From Candidatus Poribacteria bacterium (GTDB lineage: Bacteria; Poribacteria; WGA-4E; PCPOR2b): 64,000 nt of DNA. How positions within the stretch are numbered: the stretch's first letter is position 1; the number at the start of each line of letters is the position of its first letter. The position numbers and the translations under genes were made by a program. Positions 21,729 through 31,502 of the stretch are shown piece after piece. The stretch spans positions 5,536,001-5,600,000 of the forward strand of contig OZ244587.1 in NCBI GenBank assembly GCA_965218095.1. The letters are read 5' to 3'. The notes under the pieces are model-generated. The model searched no databases, was not told where the DNA came from, and saw nothing but the letters and a program-made list of their open reading frames with translations.

Positions 21729-22406
21729 ATGTGCGGACGATTTACGCTGAAAACAGAACCTGAGACTTTGACGGAAACCTTTCCCGGCTTCACCATGCCG
21801 GATGAACTTTCTCCTAGTTACAATATCGCGCCATCTCAGGAAGTCGCTGTTGTCCCAAACAACGGTGAGAACAAAGTGGAATTCTTTCAGTGGGGGCTAA
21901 TTCCGTCTTGGGCAAAAGACCCCAAAATCGGCAATCGCATGATTAATGCACGTGCCGAGACTCTTGCCGAAAAACCCTCCTTTCGGATGCCCTACAAGCG
22001 GCGCCGCTGTCTCGTTCTTGCAGATGGATTTTATGAATGGCGACAAGAACCGAGGAGTAAATCCAAAACCCCGATATACATTCGACTTGAATCTGACAAA
22101 CCCTTTGCCTTCGCGGGACTATGGGAAGTATGGCATCCGTCGGCGGACAACGATCCCCTCTTTTCCTGCACGATCATCACAACCACTCCTAACTCGCTAC
22201 TGGAAACCATTCACAGGTGCATGCCGGTCATCCTTGACCCTGATGCTTACGATCAGTGGTTAGAACCGCACGAGCAATCCCCTGATCAGTTGAACGGACT
22301 TCTCAAGCCGTATCTCGCTGAGGAGATGACAGCCTATCTAGTCTCGCGTTTGGTCAATTCTCCGAAGAATGACTTACCGGACTGCATCTTGCTGGTGGAG
22401 GCATAG
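21729..22406 (+). CDS. SOS response-associated peptidase (SRAP/YedK/HMCES)
   Basis: N-terminal MCGRF, WGLIP, NARAE, GFYEW. Confidence 0.93.
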   Translation: MCGRFTLKTEPETLTETFPGFTMPDELSPSYNIAPSQEVAVVPNNGENKVEFFQWGLIPSWAKDPKIGNRMINARAETLAEKPSFRMPYKRRRCLVLADGFYEWRQEPRSKSKTPIYIRLESDKPFAFAGLWEVWHPSADNDPLFSCTIITTTPNSLLETIHRCMPVILDPDAYDQWLEPHEQSPDQLNGLLKPYLAEEMTAYLVSRLVNSPKNDLPDCILLVEA

Positions 22407-22453
22407 GAAAGCAGAAAAAGTGAGGGGTGCCAGACCTCAATTGGTGACTCAAA

Positions 22454-22780
22454 ATGCTAACGAAAGAATTCATTGAAACAAGGAAATTAGAACGAAATGA
22501 TAAATTTTTCGCCGAAGTCCTTGGGCCAACGAGTGATGAACAGAAGTTGCTCTTCGTCCTCGAAAAGCTTGGGAAATTGCCGCGCGATTTTGATGGAAGC
22601 GTATTCTTACGGCTACTGCAACACCCAAACGCCAAAATTCGTTTGCTTGCCGTAAAGAATCTTGGAAAGTTAAAGGCTGTATCGTGGCTTGGCGCTGTTA
22701 AGGAATTTAAGGCAACGTGTAAAAAGCCCTGGACAGAATCCTCCCAGTCCCACTCACCGATGATGTTCAACGTTCTGTAA
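22454..22780 (+). pseudogene. HEAT-repeat protein N-terminal fragment
   Basis: LLQHPNAKIRLLAVKNLGK HEAT motif, then a short non-repeat tail. Confidence 0.5.
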
Positions 22781-22859
22781 CTCCCGACATTGTTCTTCAG
22801 AAACAGCGTGGTCAATACAGTTCCGAATTTTTAGTTGAGTTTGAAGAGGATTTTCGATT

Positions 22860-24050
22860 ATGCAGATTAAAACGCTTGAGATGTTGACGCTGCACATCCC
22901 CTTTTATGCGGATCATGTCACCCGACACATGCAGCATGCCTTGACGCACACCGAGCTTATGCAGGTGTACCGTGTCGAGTTGGATAACGGCGTCATTGGC
23001 TACGGCGAAAACATGGGAGACGAATCCGGCGCCTTCGATCGGGTCCTCGGACAAAACCCGTTCGCGATCATGCAGGATGACGGCATCGGTTTCGGCATTC
23101 AGATGTCCCTGTTCGACGCTGTTGGAAAAACGGTCGGTGTGCCAGTCTACCAGTTGCTAGGCACAAAAGTCCGTGATCGCTGCCCGATCGCATGGTGGGA
23201 TATTGACATGCCGCCGGAGGATTGGGTGAAGGAAGTAGAGGAATCGGTGAAGCACGGTTATATGTCGATCAAGCTCAAGGCACGTCCCTGGCGGGACATC
23301 TTCGCGCAAGTCGAAGCCGTTGGGAAGGTTGTCCCAGAAGGCTATAAACTCGACATCGATTTCAACGGTTTTCTCCGCACGGCGGACAGCGCGATGCCCA
23401 TCTTGCAAGAGTTAGATAAACATCCCAACGTCGCCATGTACGAAAGTCCGTACTATCTCGGCACAGATATTGAAGGCGCGGGGCGTTTGCAGGATGTGGT
23501 AGAAAAACGGATTGTTGAACACTTCAATGAGCCGTGTTTGCATGCCCGCTGCTGTGGTGGATTCGTTGTTGGCGGTGGTGCAACAGGGACACGGCGAGTC
23601 GGAGCGTTATGCGCATCATTTGACAAGCCATTCTGGTTACAGATGGTCGGAACGGGCATCACGGCGGCTTATGCCATGCACATCGGTGCGGTGCTGACGC
23701 CTGCGCAATTGCCGGCGATTACCTGTCATGAGTTGTGGGAACACGATTTGTTGATGCAGCGGTTAGAAGTGGTGGATGGAACAATTGCCCCGCCGGAAGC
23801 GCCGGGGCTGGGCGTCGAAGTTGATGAGTATGCGCTGGAACGCTATCGCGTTGAGCCGGGGACGCCTTCGCCCACACAGCTTTATAAGCAGAGGAAACGA
23901 ATCTGTCGTGTGCATATCCCCGAAGGCAAAGGCGGTGAGGACGTTCACGATTTCACGGGTGAGGATGTCTATTATCCCGCTTTCAGTGAGGGGAAGTATC
24001 CGGGATTCGTCCGGGGCGTCTGGATGGAAGTGATTGAATCGATGGGTTAG
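22860..24050 (+). CDS. Mandelate racemase/muconate lactonizing enzyme family protein
   Basis: GYGE, FDAVGK..GVPVYQLLG, KLK, DFN, PGLGVE. Confidence 0.88.
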   Translation: MQIKTLEMLTLHIPFYADHVTRHMQHALTHTELMQVYRVELDNGVIGYGENMGDESGAFDRVLGQNPFAIMQDDGIGFGIQMSLFDAVGKTVGVPVYQLLGTKVRDRCPIAWWDIDMPPEDWVKEVEESVKHGYMSIKLKARPWRDIFAQVEAVGKVVPEGYKLDIDFNGFLRTADSAMPILQELDKHPNVAMYESPYYLGTDIEGAGRLQDVVEKRIVEHFNEPCLHARCCGGFVVGGGATGTRRVGALCASFDKPFWLQMVGTGITAAYAMHIGAVLTPAQLPAITCHELWEHDLLMQRLEVVDGTIAPPEAPGLGVEVDEYALERYRVEPGTPSPTQLYKQRKRICRVHIPEGKGGEDVHDFTGEDVYYPAFSEGKYPGFVRGVWMEVIESMG

Positions 24051-24106
24051 ATCTGGAAGTTCAGATGAAAGAAAACACAACCATTGTATAATAACCCAAG
24101 TTGCTA

Positions 24107-26182
24107 GGTTCTGTTGACATTTCAAGGGAGCCATATAAGAGTGGCGACAAAGCTGAGAAATCCAAAATAACGGACAGCTAACTTCTCGAACCGAGAGAAG
24201 ATGCGGCGATACCATTTTATCTTGTTAATGAAACATTCAACCCGATGTCTCTCTTTGTATAAGTGTTTGTCGTACGTTCTTTGGTCAACACGATGACTTT
24301 TTGGCGGTATCACTGCAATCGCTCCATTCGCCTTGATAACCGCGATAAAATTGTCGGAGTCATATCCCTTGTCTCCAATCACATACTCGCTTTTATATCC
24401 AAGTATCAACGCTTCTGCTTCCGCTATGTCGTTTCTTTGACCGGGCGTCAGATGAATTCTTAGTGGATTACCCAGGCCGTCAACGGTGATGTGATTTTTT
24501 GTACTGAATCCCCCGCGAGAGCAGCCTAACGCTTGGTTTTCAGTGCCACCCTTTTTTTTAAGGCACCCGTCGCACACGGGTGCGCTCGAATGATTGTACT
24601 GTCCACAATAAGCGACTCGATATCGGGGTCGGCGGCGAAGTGGTGGTGCATCTGTGTGAAGACCCCTTTGTCGCACCACCGAGCAAACCGCTTATAGAGG
24701 GTGTTCGATTTACCATAGGTGTCTGGCAGAAGTCTCCATTGAGCACCGCTACGGGTCGCCCAGAGAACAGCTTCGATAAAGCGGCGTGTTGTCGCTTCGT
24801 TGCCAACATAGATGTTGGGACAAGTTAGAAGAAACGAGTATATCTTTTTCCATTGGTCATCGGGTAAGGTTTATAATGGTCCCCAATATTCGGGCCAGGA
24901 GTTAAGTAAGAAATAACGTCTAACTCCCGTCCACCAATGGAGGTCTGAATATGTCAACCAAACGGATTCGGCATACTGCCAAATTCAAGTTTCAAATAGC
25001 CGTTGAAGCCATCAAGCCCGATAAAACTATCAACCAATTGGCAAGCGAGCATCAGTTGCACCCAAGCCAAATCAGCCAATGGAAGAAACAGTTGCTTGAA
25101 CAAGGTAGCGATATTTTCGCTACCAACCCGACCCAGCGACAGCGTGAGCAAAATGACAGGGAGTCGAGCCTGTATGAGCAAATGGGGCGGTTGAATATGG
25201 AACTCGACTGGTTGAAAAAAAAAGCTGCCTCAAGCCGCTGAACAGAGACGGGCACTCGTTGAACCCGACCACCTGAAACTGAGTATCCGTCGTCAGTGTG
25301 AATTACTCGGTTTTTCCCGGTCAACCCTCTACTGTCAACCGGCTACAGAGTCAGCAGACAATCTGCATCTGATGAGATAAATAGATGAGCAGTATCTGCA
25401 AACCCCTTTCTATGGGAGTCGTCGAATGACACAACATCTTAAGCGGCTTGGCTACCGTGTGAACCGCAAACGCATCCAGCGACTGATGCGTTTGATGGGT
25501 ATAGAAGCGATTTATCCCAAACCCTCAGCCATCAACAGCGAGCATCGGATTTACCCATACCTATTACGGGACTATGAGGTGACCGCTGCCAATGAGGTCT
25601 GGTCGGCTGACATTACCTATATCCCGATGGATAAAGGGTTTATGTATCTGGTGGCGATACTCGACTGGTATAGTCGTTACGTCATCACTTGGGAGTTATC
25701 CAATAGTCTATCAGGGCAGTTCTGTCTCGACGCTTTGCATCACGCATTATCTGGGGCAACCCCCATCATCTTCAATACTGACCAAGGTGTCCAGTTTACA
25801 GCCAATGCTTTCACCGATACGGTCGAAGCCGCTGATATTGCTATGAGTATGGACAGCGTGGGGAGAGCCATTGACAACATTTACATTGAGCGGTTTTGGC
25901 GAAGCGTCAAGTATGAAGATGTTTATCACAAACTTTACCAAACAGGGCAAGCCCTGTTTGATGGATTAACTCAATATATCCGTTTCTATAATCAACAGCG
26001 ACCTCACCAGAGTCTAAATTATGCTACCCCGGCTGAGGTCTATCTGAGCTAAAGCAGTGTCAGTTTATCTCAAATATCTTACTTATTTTTCCTGTATTTT
26101 GGCCTCGACAATGGGTCCACTTTAGTTATTGGCATCATTCTTCTATTATGCCACAACCTTATACTCAAATGTCAACAGAACC
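24107..26182 (-). mobile_element. IS5 family element, copy 3, interrupted by IS3
   Basis: TIRs at 24107 and 26182 with TA flanks; near-identical to copy 1. Confidence 0.92.
24872..26124 (+). mobile_element. IS3 family element nested in IS5; orfB has an internal stop
   Basis: 3-bp TSD GTT, imperfect TIRs, orfA 24951-25241 with A9G slippery site, WSADITY and IERFWRS, TAA at 25378. Confidence 0.92.
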
Positions 26183-26184
26183 TA

Positions 26185-26412
26185 GTGCTAGAAGCAATGT
26201 ATCAAGATTTACTTAATATGAGAACAGGAATAGCAAGAGATAATTTATCTCAAGAAAAAATCAGAAATATAAAAATTCATGTCCCGCCGCTTGATATTCA
26301 ACAGCGGTTAGTGGCAGAAGTCGAGCAATTAGAATCAGAAATCACCCAAGCCCAAGCCGTGATTGACAAAGCCACCGAGCGCAAAAATGTCATTCTCACA
26401 AACTATCTATAA
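26185..26412 (+). pseudogene. HsdS-like (type I/IIG RM specificity) C-terminal fragment
   Basis: NLSQEKIRNIKIHVPPLDIQQRLV motif; begins directly at the IS5 end. Confidence 0.75.
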
Positions 26413-26430
26413 AAAAACAGAAAAAAGCAC

Positions 26431-26504
26431 ATCAGTTGTGGCGGATTCGGTTAGTTGTACACTTTTTGGCAAACTTGCGCTGCAACTGATCTCAGTAATT
26501 AAAC
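26431..26504 (+). repeat. Degenerate attC-like hairpin
   Basis: ATCAGTTGTGGCG / CGCTGCAACTGAT followed by CTCAGTAATTAAAC (degenerate R' box). Confidence 0.4.
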
Positions 26505-26531
26505 GAAGTCAGAGAAAGGAGCAAGAGGAAA

Positions 26532-27785
26532 TTGGGACCAATCACGCTCTTCGATAAATCGTTCCTACAGTCGCTTAACGTTGATGAATCGGTGTGGTTT
26601 GACAACTTCTTCTATTCTATTATCTGCCCGATCTTCTATGTGGAGACACTGGCGGATCTAAAAAAGCCAAAACTTCACAGACCCCCTGAACAAGAAGTTG
26701 GAATAATCGCAGACAAGTTTCCGGAAATGCACTGTGCACCAACACTGCATCATCAAGAGATGGTGATAGGTGATTTGCTAGGAAACCATGTTCCACTCAC
26801 TGTCCGGATTCCAAGAGACCCTAGTCGGCTCGTGAAATCCGATAGACATAAAGGTGTTATTTTCGAGGAATCGCCTGAAGAAGAAGCGTTTCTTCGTTGA
26901 CAGTCAAGAGAGTTTCATGACCTTGAACGCAAATTCGCAAGCACTTGGCGTACGAATCTTGAATCCCTTGATTTAAAAAGGATTCCTGATGAATTCCGGA
27001 ATCTTGGGATATCAGGCCGTAATTGCAAGTCATTACAAGAAGCCAAGTCAATCGCTGACGCTCTTGTAAACGGGACCGACAAAACACTTGAGGCGTTGAG
27101 ATTTGTGTTCTTTATTCTTGATGTTCCAGAAAGAGATCGCAACTTAATAATGGAACGTTGGTTAAAATCCGAGTTGCCATTTCTGTCAAGCTTTGCTCCG
27201 TACGCTGCGCATGTTCTAACGATAGAGATCTTCTTCCGAATCTCGCTTGAAGCCAGCCAAATTTCGTCGGATCGACCCTCGAATCGTTTAGATATCGCTT
27301 ATCTGTACTATCTTCCTTTCTGCCAAGTGTTCGTTTCATGGGACAAACTTCATCGTCGATGCGCTCCTCTCTTCTTGAGAGAAAACCAGACCTTCATTTG
27401 GGGGCCAGAACTAGAAAGTGCACTATCTGCCCTGGATCAACACTACAGTGCCTTGCCGGAAAGCGAAAAAGAAAAAGGCGTGATGCACTTTGCGCCATAT
27501 CCTCCAACCGAAATTGAGTCAATCATATCGCAAGAATGGGATAAATATCTGCATGGCTGGCGAGAATGCGCACAGGAGCCACCGATTAAACCAGATCTGA
27601 ATCCCGGGATCGTTAAGGAATTGACAAACCTTACTGAAGCCCCACCTCTACAGCCGGAGGCGGTCGATTTCAACCCAGAAGATGCCAACGTAATGGCTGT
27701 AAAGCGAAGGGTGCGTAAGACAAAGGGAAAATGGTGGCAGTTACCCCGCGACTTAGAGGATAAGAACGATGAGAAAAGCCGATAA
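26532..27785 (+). pseudogene. Hypothetical cassette gene of about 417 codons with one in-frame TGA
   Basis: ORFs 26532-26900 and 27096-27785 share a frame; the only stop is at 26898 (FLR*QSREF); ends 2 nt before an attC. Confidence 0.8.
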
Positions 27786-27787
27786 GC

Positions 27788-27841
27788 GGCTAACAAGTGG
27801 GTCAAGCGGACCCGCGAGGCCGCTTACCCAAGTCGTTAGGG
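27788..27841 (+). other. Integron attC site
   Basis: GGCTAAC...GTTAGGG; GGT(C)AAGCGG(A)CC pairs with GGCCGCTTACC leaving two extrahelical bases. Confidence 0.85.
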
Positions 27842-27858
27842 AAAACGGGGAGGACAAA

Positions 27859-28122
27859 ATAGCAATATCACCAAAGTGCATCGTATTCGCATTGATTTTC
27901 ACCGTCTCGGTTTTCCTCGTTTACGTTTTGGCGACTGATACCATCAGAATGAAGATGGATCTGCCACAGCGAATCAATGCTTCTTTTCGACTATTTAAAA
28001 CTCAAAATATGTGGACGCATCTTCTGCTAGACACGCGCAATGGACGTGTTTGGCAAGTTAGCTTTAGTGTCAATGCAGAAGGTCTTAACGGGAATGTTAA
28101 TATCATTGTTACTTTTACTTAA
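27859..28122 (+). pseudogene. Truncated secreted hypothetical protein (cassette gene)
   Basis: GGAGG then ATA in place of ATG, signal-like segment, FRLFKTQNMWTHLLLDTRNGRVWQV. Confidence 0.5.
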
Positions 28123-28149
28123 CCTGATAGTAAAAATAAGGAGGGAGAT

Positions 28150-28857
28150 ATGCTACGCTTTATCTGGGTCGCGTGCCTGATGGCTTTTATCGGCTTTGGC
28201 TGTGGTGGTGATGATGCCACTGATGGTGGTGGCACTCCCACGGTACGTCTTGTCAAAGATACCAGTGATAGTGATCACCTTCATACCAGTGGTAGTTATC
28301 ACCTTCAGTGGGATGAACCGCTTTTAGCGGATCGGATAGTTTTAGTCCATGTGATATATAACCCTATAAAGTACACTAATAGAAAGATTACCTTTCTATT
28401 TGGTGAGAGTCATCAATCTGAGAAATTTACCCTTCCTAACTATCATCGAGAGCTTACCGCCCGCCTTCGCGGGGAGCTTACCGCCCGCCTTAAGTGGATT
28501 CTTAAGGGCTCTCAGAAGGACGGTTTTTACTTTGAGCGGACAGGATTGGGTCAAGAGGAAATGTGGGTGGACTTTCGTTTTCCGTATCTCGGAGAGAGGG
28601 TTATTGAAGACTACTTGTACATCTGCCGCACGGGAAATATTCAATCGGAGCAAATCCAAGTTTCTCAATTTTCTCCTTCGGTTCTGATAAAGCTCCCCCC
28701 CGCAGATGATCGGTTTAATAATCTCGAGCTGCCCAAGAGCGCATATAATGCGAATGGTGAGGGTGACGAGAAAATTCTTGTCGAATATCCATTTCAACCG
28801 TACAAGGTAGGCGATCCGTCAGAGCTTACCTTCGAGTGGAGAAAGGAAGGTTCTTAA
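28150..28857 (+). CDS. Hypothetical lipoprotein
   Basis: Lipobox GFGC, RBS; internal duplication ELTARLRG-ELTARL. Confidence 0.75.
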   Translation: MLRFIWVACLMAFIGFGCGGDDATDGGGTPTVRLVKDTSDSDHLHTSGSYHLQWDEPLLADRIVLVHVIYNPIKYTNRKITFLFGESHQSEKFTLPNYHRELTARLRGELTARLKWILKGSQKDGFYFERTGLGQEEMWVDFRFPYLGERVIEDYLYICRTGNIQSEQIQVSQFSPSVLIKLPPADDRFNNLELPKSAYNANGEGDEKILVEYPFQPYKVGDPSELTFEWRKEGS

Positions 28858-28986
28858 TCATGAAACTTTCTGATTAGCTTCCGAGTCTTATTACCGCCAA
28901 GCTTATTATTGCCTCTGCCTTCTTTGGTTATGCTACGTTAAAGGAGGATGTCAAGCTGTTATCCAAAGACATAGAGAATATTCGCA

Positions 28987-29220
28987 GTGAACTGTCAGCG
29001 CAACGTCAAGAATTTCGTGCGGACTTACAAGGCGTCCGCGCACAAAGGCAAGTTCTTGGTCATTGACATCGAAACGGGTGAATACGAAATGAACGCTGAC
29101 GATTTGGTAGCCACGAAACGTCTACTTGCCAAGCATCCCAATGCTGTCGTTTACGGTTTACAAATCGGGTTTCCAACTGCTTATCGAATCGGCGGACACT
29201 TTTCGGTGAAAACACAATGA
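28987..29220 (+). pseudogene. Small DUF5678-like gene, followed by a vestigial MITG... start
   Basis: HKGKFLVIDIETGEYE...IG motif; overlapping ATGATAACTGGA start of a truncated partner. Confidence 0.5.
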
Positions 29221-29242
29221 TAACTGGAACGGAGAGTTTTTG

Positions 29243-29488
29243 ATGGACTACAAAATACCACTTGTTCTGACACCACCACCTGAAGGGGGATATACAGTGA
29301 CTTCCCCTCTGTTGCCTGAGTTGGTAACCGAAGGTGATTCGTTAGACGAAGCATTAGAAAACGTCAAAGACGCTCTTGCTGCGGTCATTGAGCTATATCA
29401 GGATCTGGGACGTTCATTGCCTGAGAACACCCAGATTCCTGACGCGAATAGTCCCGTGTGGCTAGAAACGGTGGTCTCCGCCTCATGA
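29243..29488 (+). CDS. hicB: HicB family antitoxin
   Basis: EGGYTVTSPLLPELVTEGDSLDEALENVKDAL. Confidence 0.88.
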   Translation: MDYKIPLVLTPPPEGGYTVTSPLLPELVTEGDSLDEALENVKDALAAVIELYQDLGRSLPENTQIPDANSPVWLETVVSAS

Positions 29489-29525
29489 AATATCGAGAAG
29501 TTGCTCGAAAATTAACAGCCCTTGT
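29485..29525 (+). pseudogene. HicA toxin 5' remnant
   Basis: Overlapping ATGA; MKYREVARKLTAL, then a break into attC sequence. Confidence 0.65.
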
Positions 29526-29583
29526 CGGTAAACCCCCGCCGTGCTCGTCCGATTCATCGGACAACTGAGGTTGGTCGTTAGGC
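29525..29583 (+). other. Right arm of an attC carrying a palindromic insertion
   Basis: CCCCCGCC[GTGCTCGTCCGATTCATCGG]ACAACTGAGGTTGGTCGTTAGGC; compare 31385-31417. Confidence 0.65.
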
Positions 29584-29625
29584 GCCAAAAGAGACCATCA
29601 TTGAAAAAGAGGAAATATTTGAAGA

Positions 29626-31077
29626 ATGCCGGTTAACGCTATCCAAGAGATTAAGAGAACCGAAGATACCAGAGATGATATGCTTTTGGGGCAGATAGAG
29701 GAACTCGATAAATCCCTAACCGAATATTTTCCCGATACGCTTGTCGTTGATAATGCTTTGACCAGAAAACTGGTCAGTTTCCAAGCCAATAAAGCCCGTA
29801 CACACTATAGATGGTACAAATACAAAGAGGCATTTTCTGCTGATTTAGTGGAATATCTTTTCCGCAAGTATAATGTAATAAAAGGTAAAATACTGGAGCC
29901 TTTTGCGGGTGCGGGGACCGCTTTATTTGCCTGTTCCTCTTTGGGTTATCACTCTGAAGGTATTGAAGTATTACCGATTGGGCAAAAAATCATAAGAGCA
30001 AATGTGCTCGCTAGAGGTGCGAATAAACAGAGCATTGTTTCTGGATTAGAAAGCTGGTTACTTCAAAAGCCTTGGAAGGCCGAAGGTGAAATTAAGGATT
30101 TTGAAGTGCTTCGTATAACCGATGGCGCGTATCCTCAAAAAACACACCACAAAATCGGAAGGTATCTAAATGAGTTGGAGGGTGAACCTCCAGAAACAAA
30201 AGAGATATTACTGTTTGCCCTGTTATGCATTCTGGAGCCGATAAGCTATACAAGGAAAGATGGGCAGTACCTCCGATGGGATTACAGATCTGGACGCAGA
30301 AATGGTAAAAACACCTTTGACAAAGGAAAGATTTTGCCATTCGATGAAGCCATTGTAGAAAAGCTAAACGAAATAAAAGATGATATTAACCTTGGGGATG
30401 GCAAGGACGATCTATTCTCATTTATGCAGGAGGATATACAGGCAGGCGATGTGAATTTATTAAAAGGGTCATGTTTAGAGGTTCTTCCGAAATTGGAAAG
30501 CAGGGCTTATTCTGGGATAATTACATCACCACCCTACTGCAATCGTTATGATTATACACGCACTTATGCCTTAGAACATGCACTGCTTGGGGTTGATGAA
30601 ATTGGGTTAGCGGGCTTGCGGCAAGCGATGTTAAGCTGCACGGTAGAAAACAAAGCGAAAGCACTGATTGACCTAAATCCCGAATGGCAAACGGCTATAG
30701 GCATTTGTGATGGCTTACCTTTATTGCAGGGGGTATTGAACTATTTGGATTACAAAAGAGATAAAAAAGAACTCAATAACAGTGGAATTACTCGTATGGT
30801 GAGAGGTTATTTTTATGAGATGGCTTGCGTTATCCAAGAATGTTACAGGGTATTGGATAAAGGCGGCATGATGTTCATGGTTAATGACAATGTTAGGTAT
30901 GCTGGGACTGCAATATCTGTAGATACAATCCTCTCAAAAATAGCTGAAGACATTGGATTTCAAATAGAAAATATCCTTGTTCTGCCTCAAGGTAAGGGGA
31001 ATAGCTCCCAACAAATGGGTAAGCACGGACGCGAAGCACTAAGAAAATGTGTCTATGTATGGAAAAAGGATCAATAA
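29626..31077 (+). CDS. N4-cytosine DNA methyltransferase (M.AvaI/M.BsoBI-like)
   Basis: EPFAGAGT motif I, TSPPY catalytic motif, KGNSSQQMG; AT-rich; adjacent to a BsoBI-like fragment. Confidence 0.88.
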   Translation: MPVNAIQEIKRTEDTRDDMLLGQIEELDKSLTEYFPDTLVVDNALTRKLVSFQANKARTHYRWYKYKEAFSADLVEYLFRKYNVIKGKILEPFAGAGTALFACSSLGYHSEGIEVLPIGQKIIRANVLARGANKQSIVSGLESWLLQKPWKAEGEIKDFEVLRITDGAYPQKTHHKIGRYLNELEGEPPETKEILLFALLCILEPISYTRKDGQYLRWDYRSGRRNGKNTFDKGKILPFDEAIVEKLNEIKDDINLGDGKDDLFSFMQEDIQAGDVNLLKGSCLEVLPKLESRAYSGIITSPPYCNRYDYTRTYALEHALLGVDEIGLAGLRQAMLSCTVENKAKALIDLNPEWQTAIGICDGLPLLQGVLNYLDYKRDKKELNNSGITRMVRGYFYEMACVIQECYRVLDKGGMMFMVNDNVRYAGTAISVDTILSKIAEDIGFQIENILVLPQGKGNSSQQMGKHGREALRKCVYVWKKDQ

Positions 31078-31167
31078 ATGCCGTTTAATAACCACCTGAA
31101 ATCGTACGAAAATTTAATTACTCCCTATGAGGAGACGCGGGCAGGATTTATTTCCTTTATGCTTTAA
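31078..31167 (+). pseudogene. AvaI/BsoBI-family restriction endonuclease 5' remnant
   Basis: MPFNNHLKSYENLITPYEETRAGFISF resembles the BsoBI N-terminus as recalled. Confidence 0.75.
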
Positions 31168-31289
31168 TAGAACAAACACCGATGAAGGCACTCACATACT
31201 GAATCAAAACCTCTGCTATTCTAAACGGCGAAAAATGGGTCAATGAGTGGCTGGCAACATGCAATTGATTCAAAGTATCCAGTGAACGC

Positions 31290-31417
31290 ACCTAACCAGC
31301 TGTTGCAGTTGACGGCGGGGCACTGTGGTTTTATGACTGTTTTTGGTTTGTGGCGGGGTTTGGTTGTCGGATGTGTTTCGGCAACCCCCCGCCACAACTG
31401 AACTTGGGGCGTTGGGC
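31290..31417 (+). other. Integron attC site
   Basis: ACCTAAC...GTTGGGC; GTT(G)CAGTTG(A)CGGCGGGG pairs with CCCCGCCACAACTGAAC. Confidence 0.8.
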
Positions 31418-31502
31418 ATACACGGTCAATCAGATGTCTTTAATTCAGGAAACGGGGTTTTCCTTGCCACAACACTTAGCTGAGGGCTGGTTTATAATTG
31501 TT

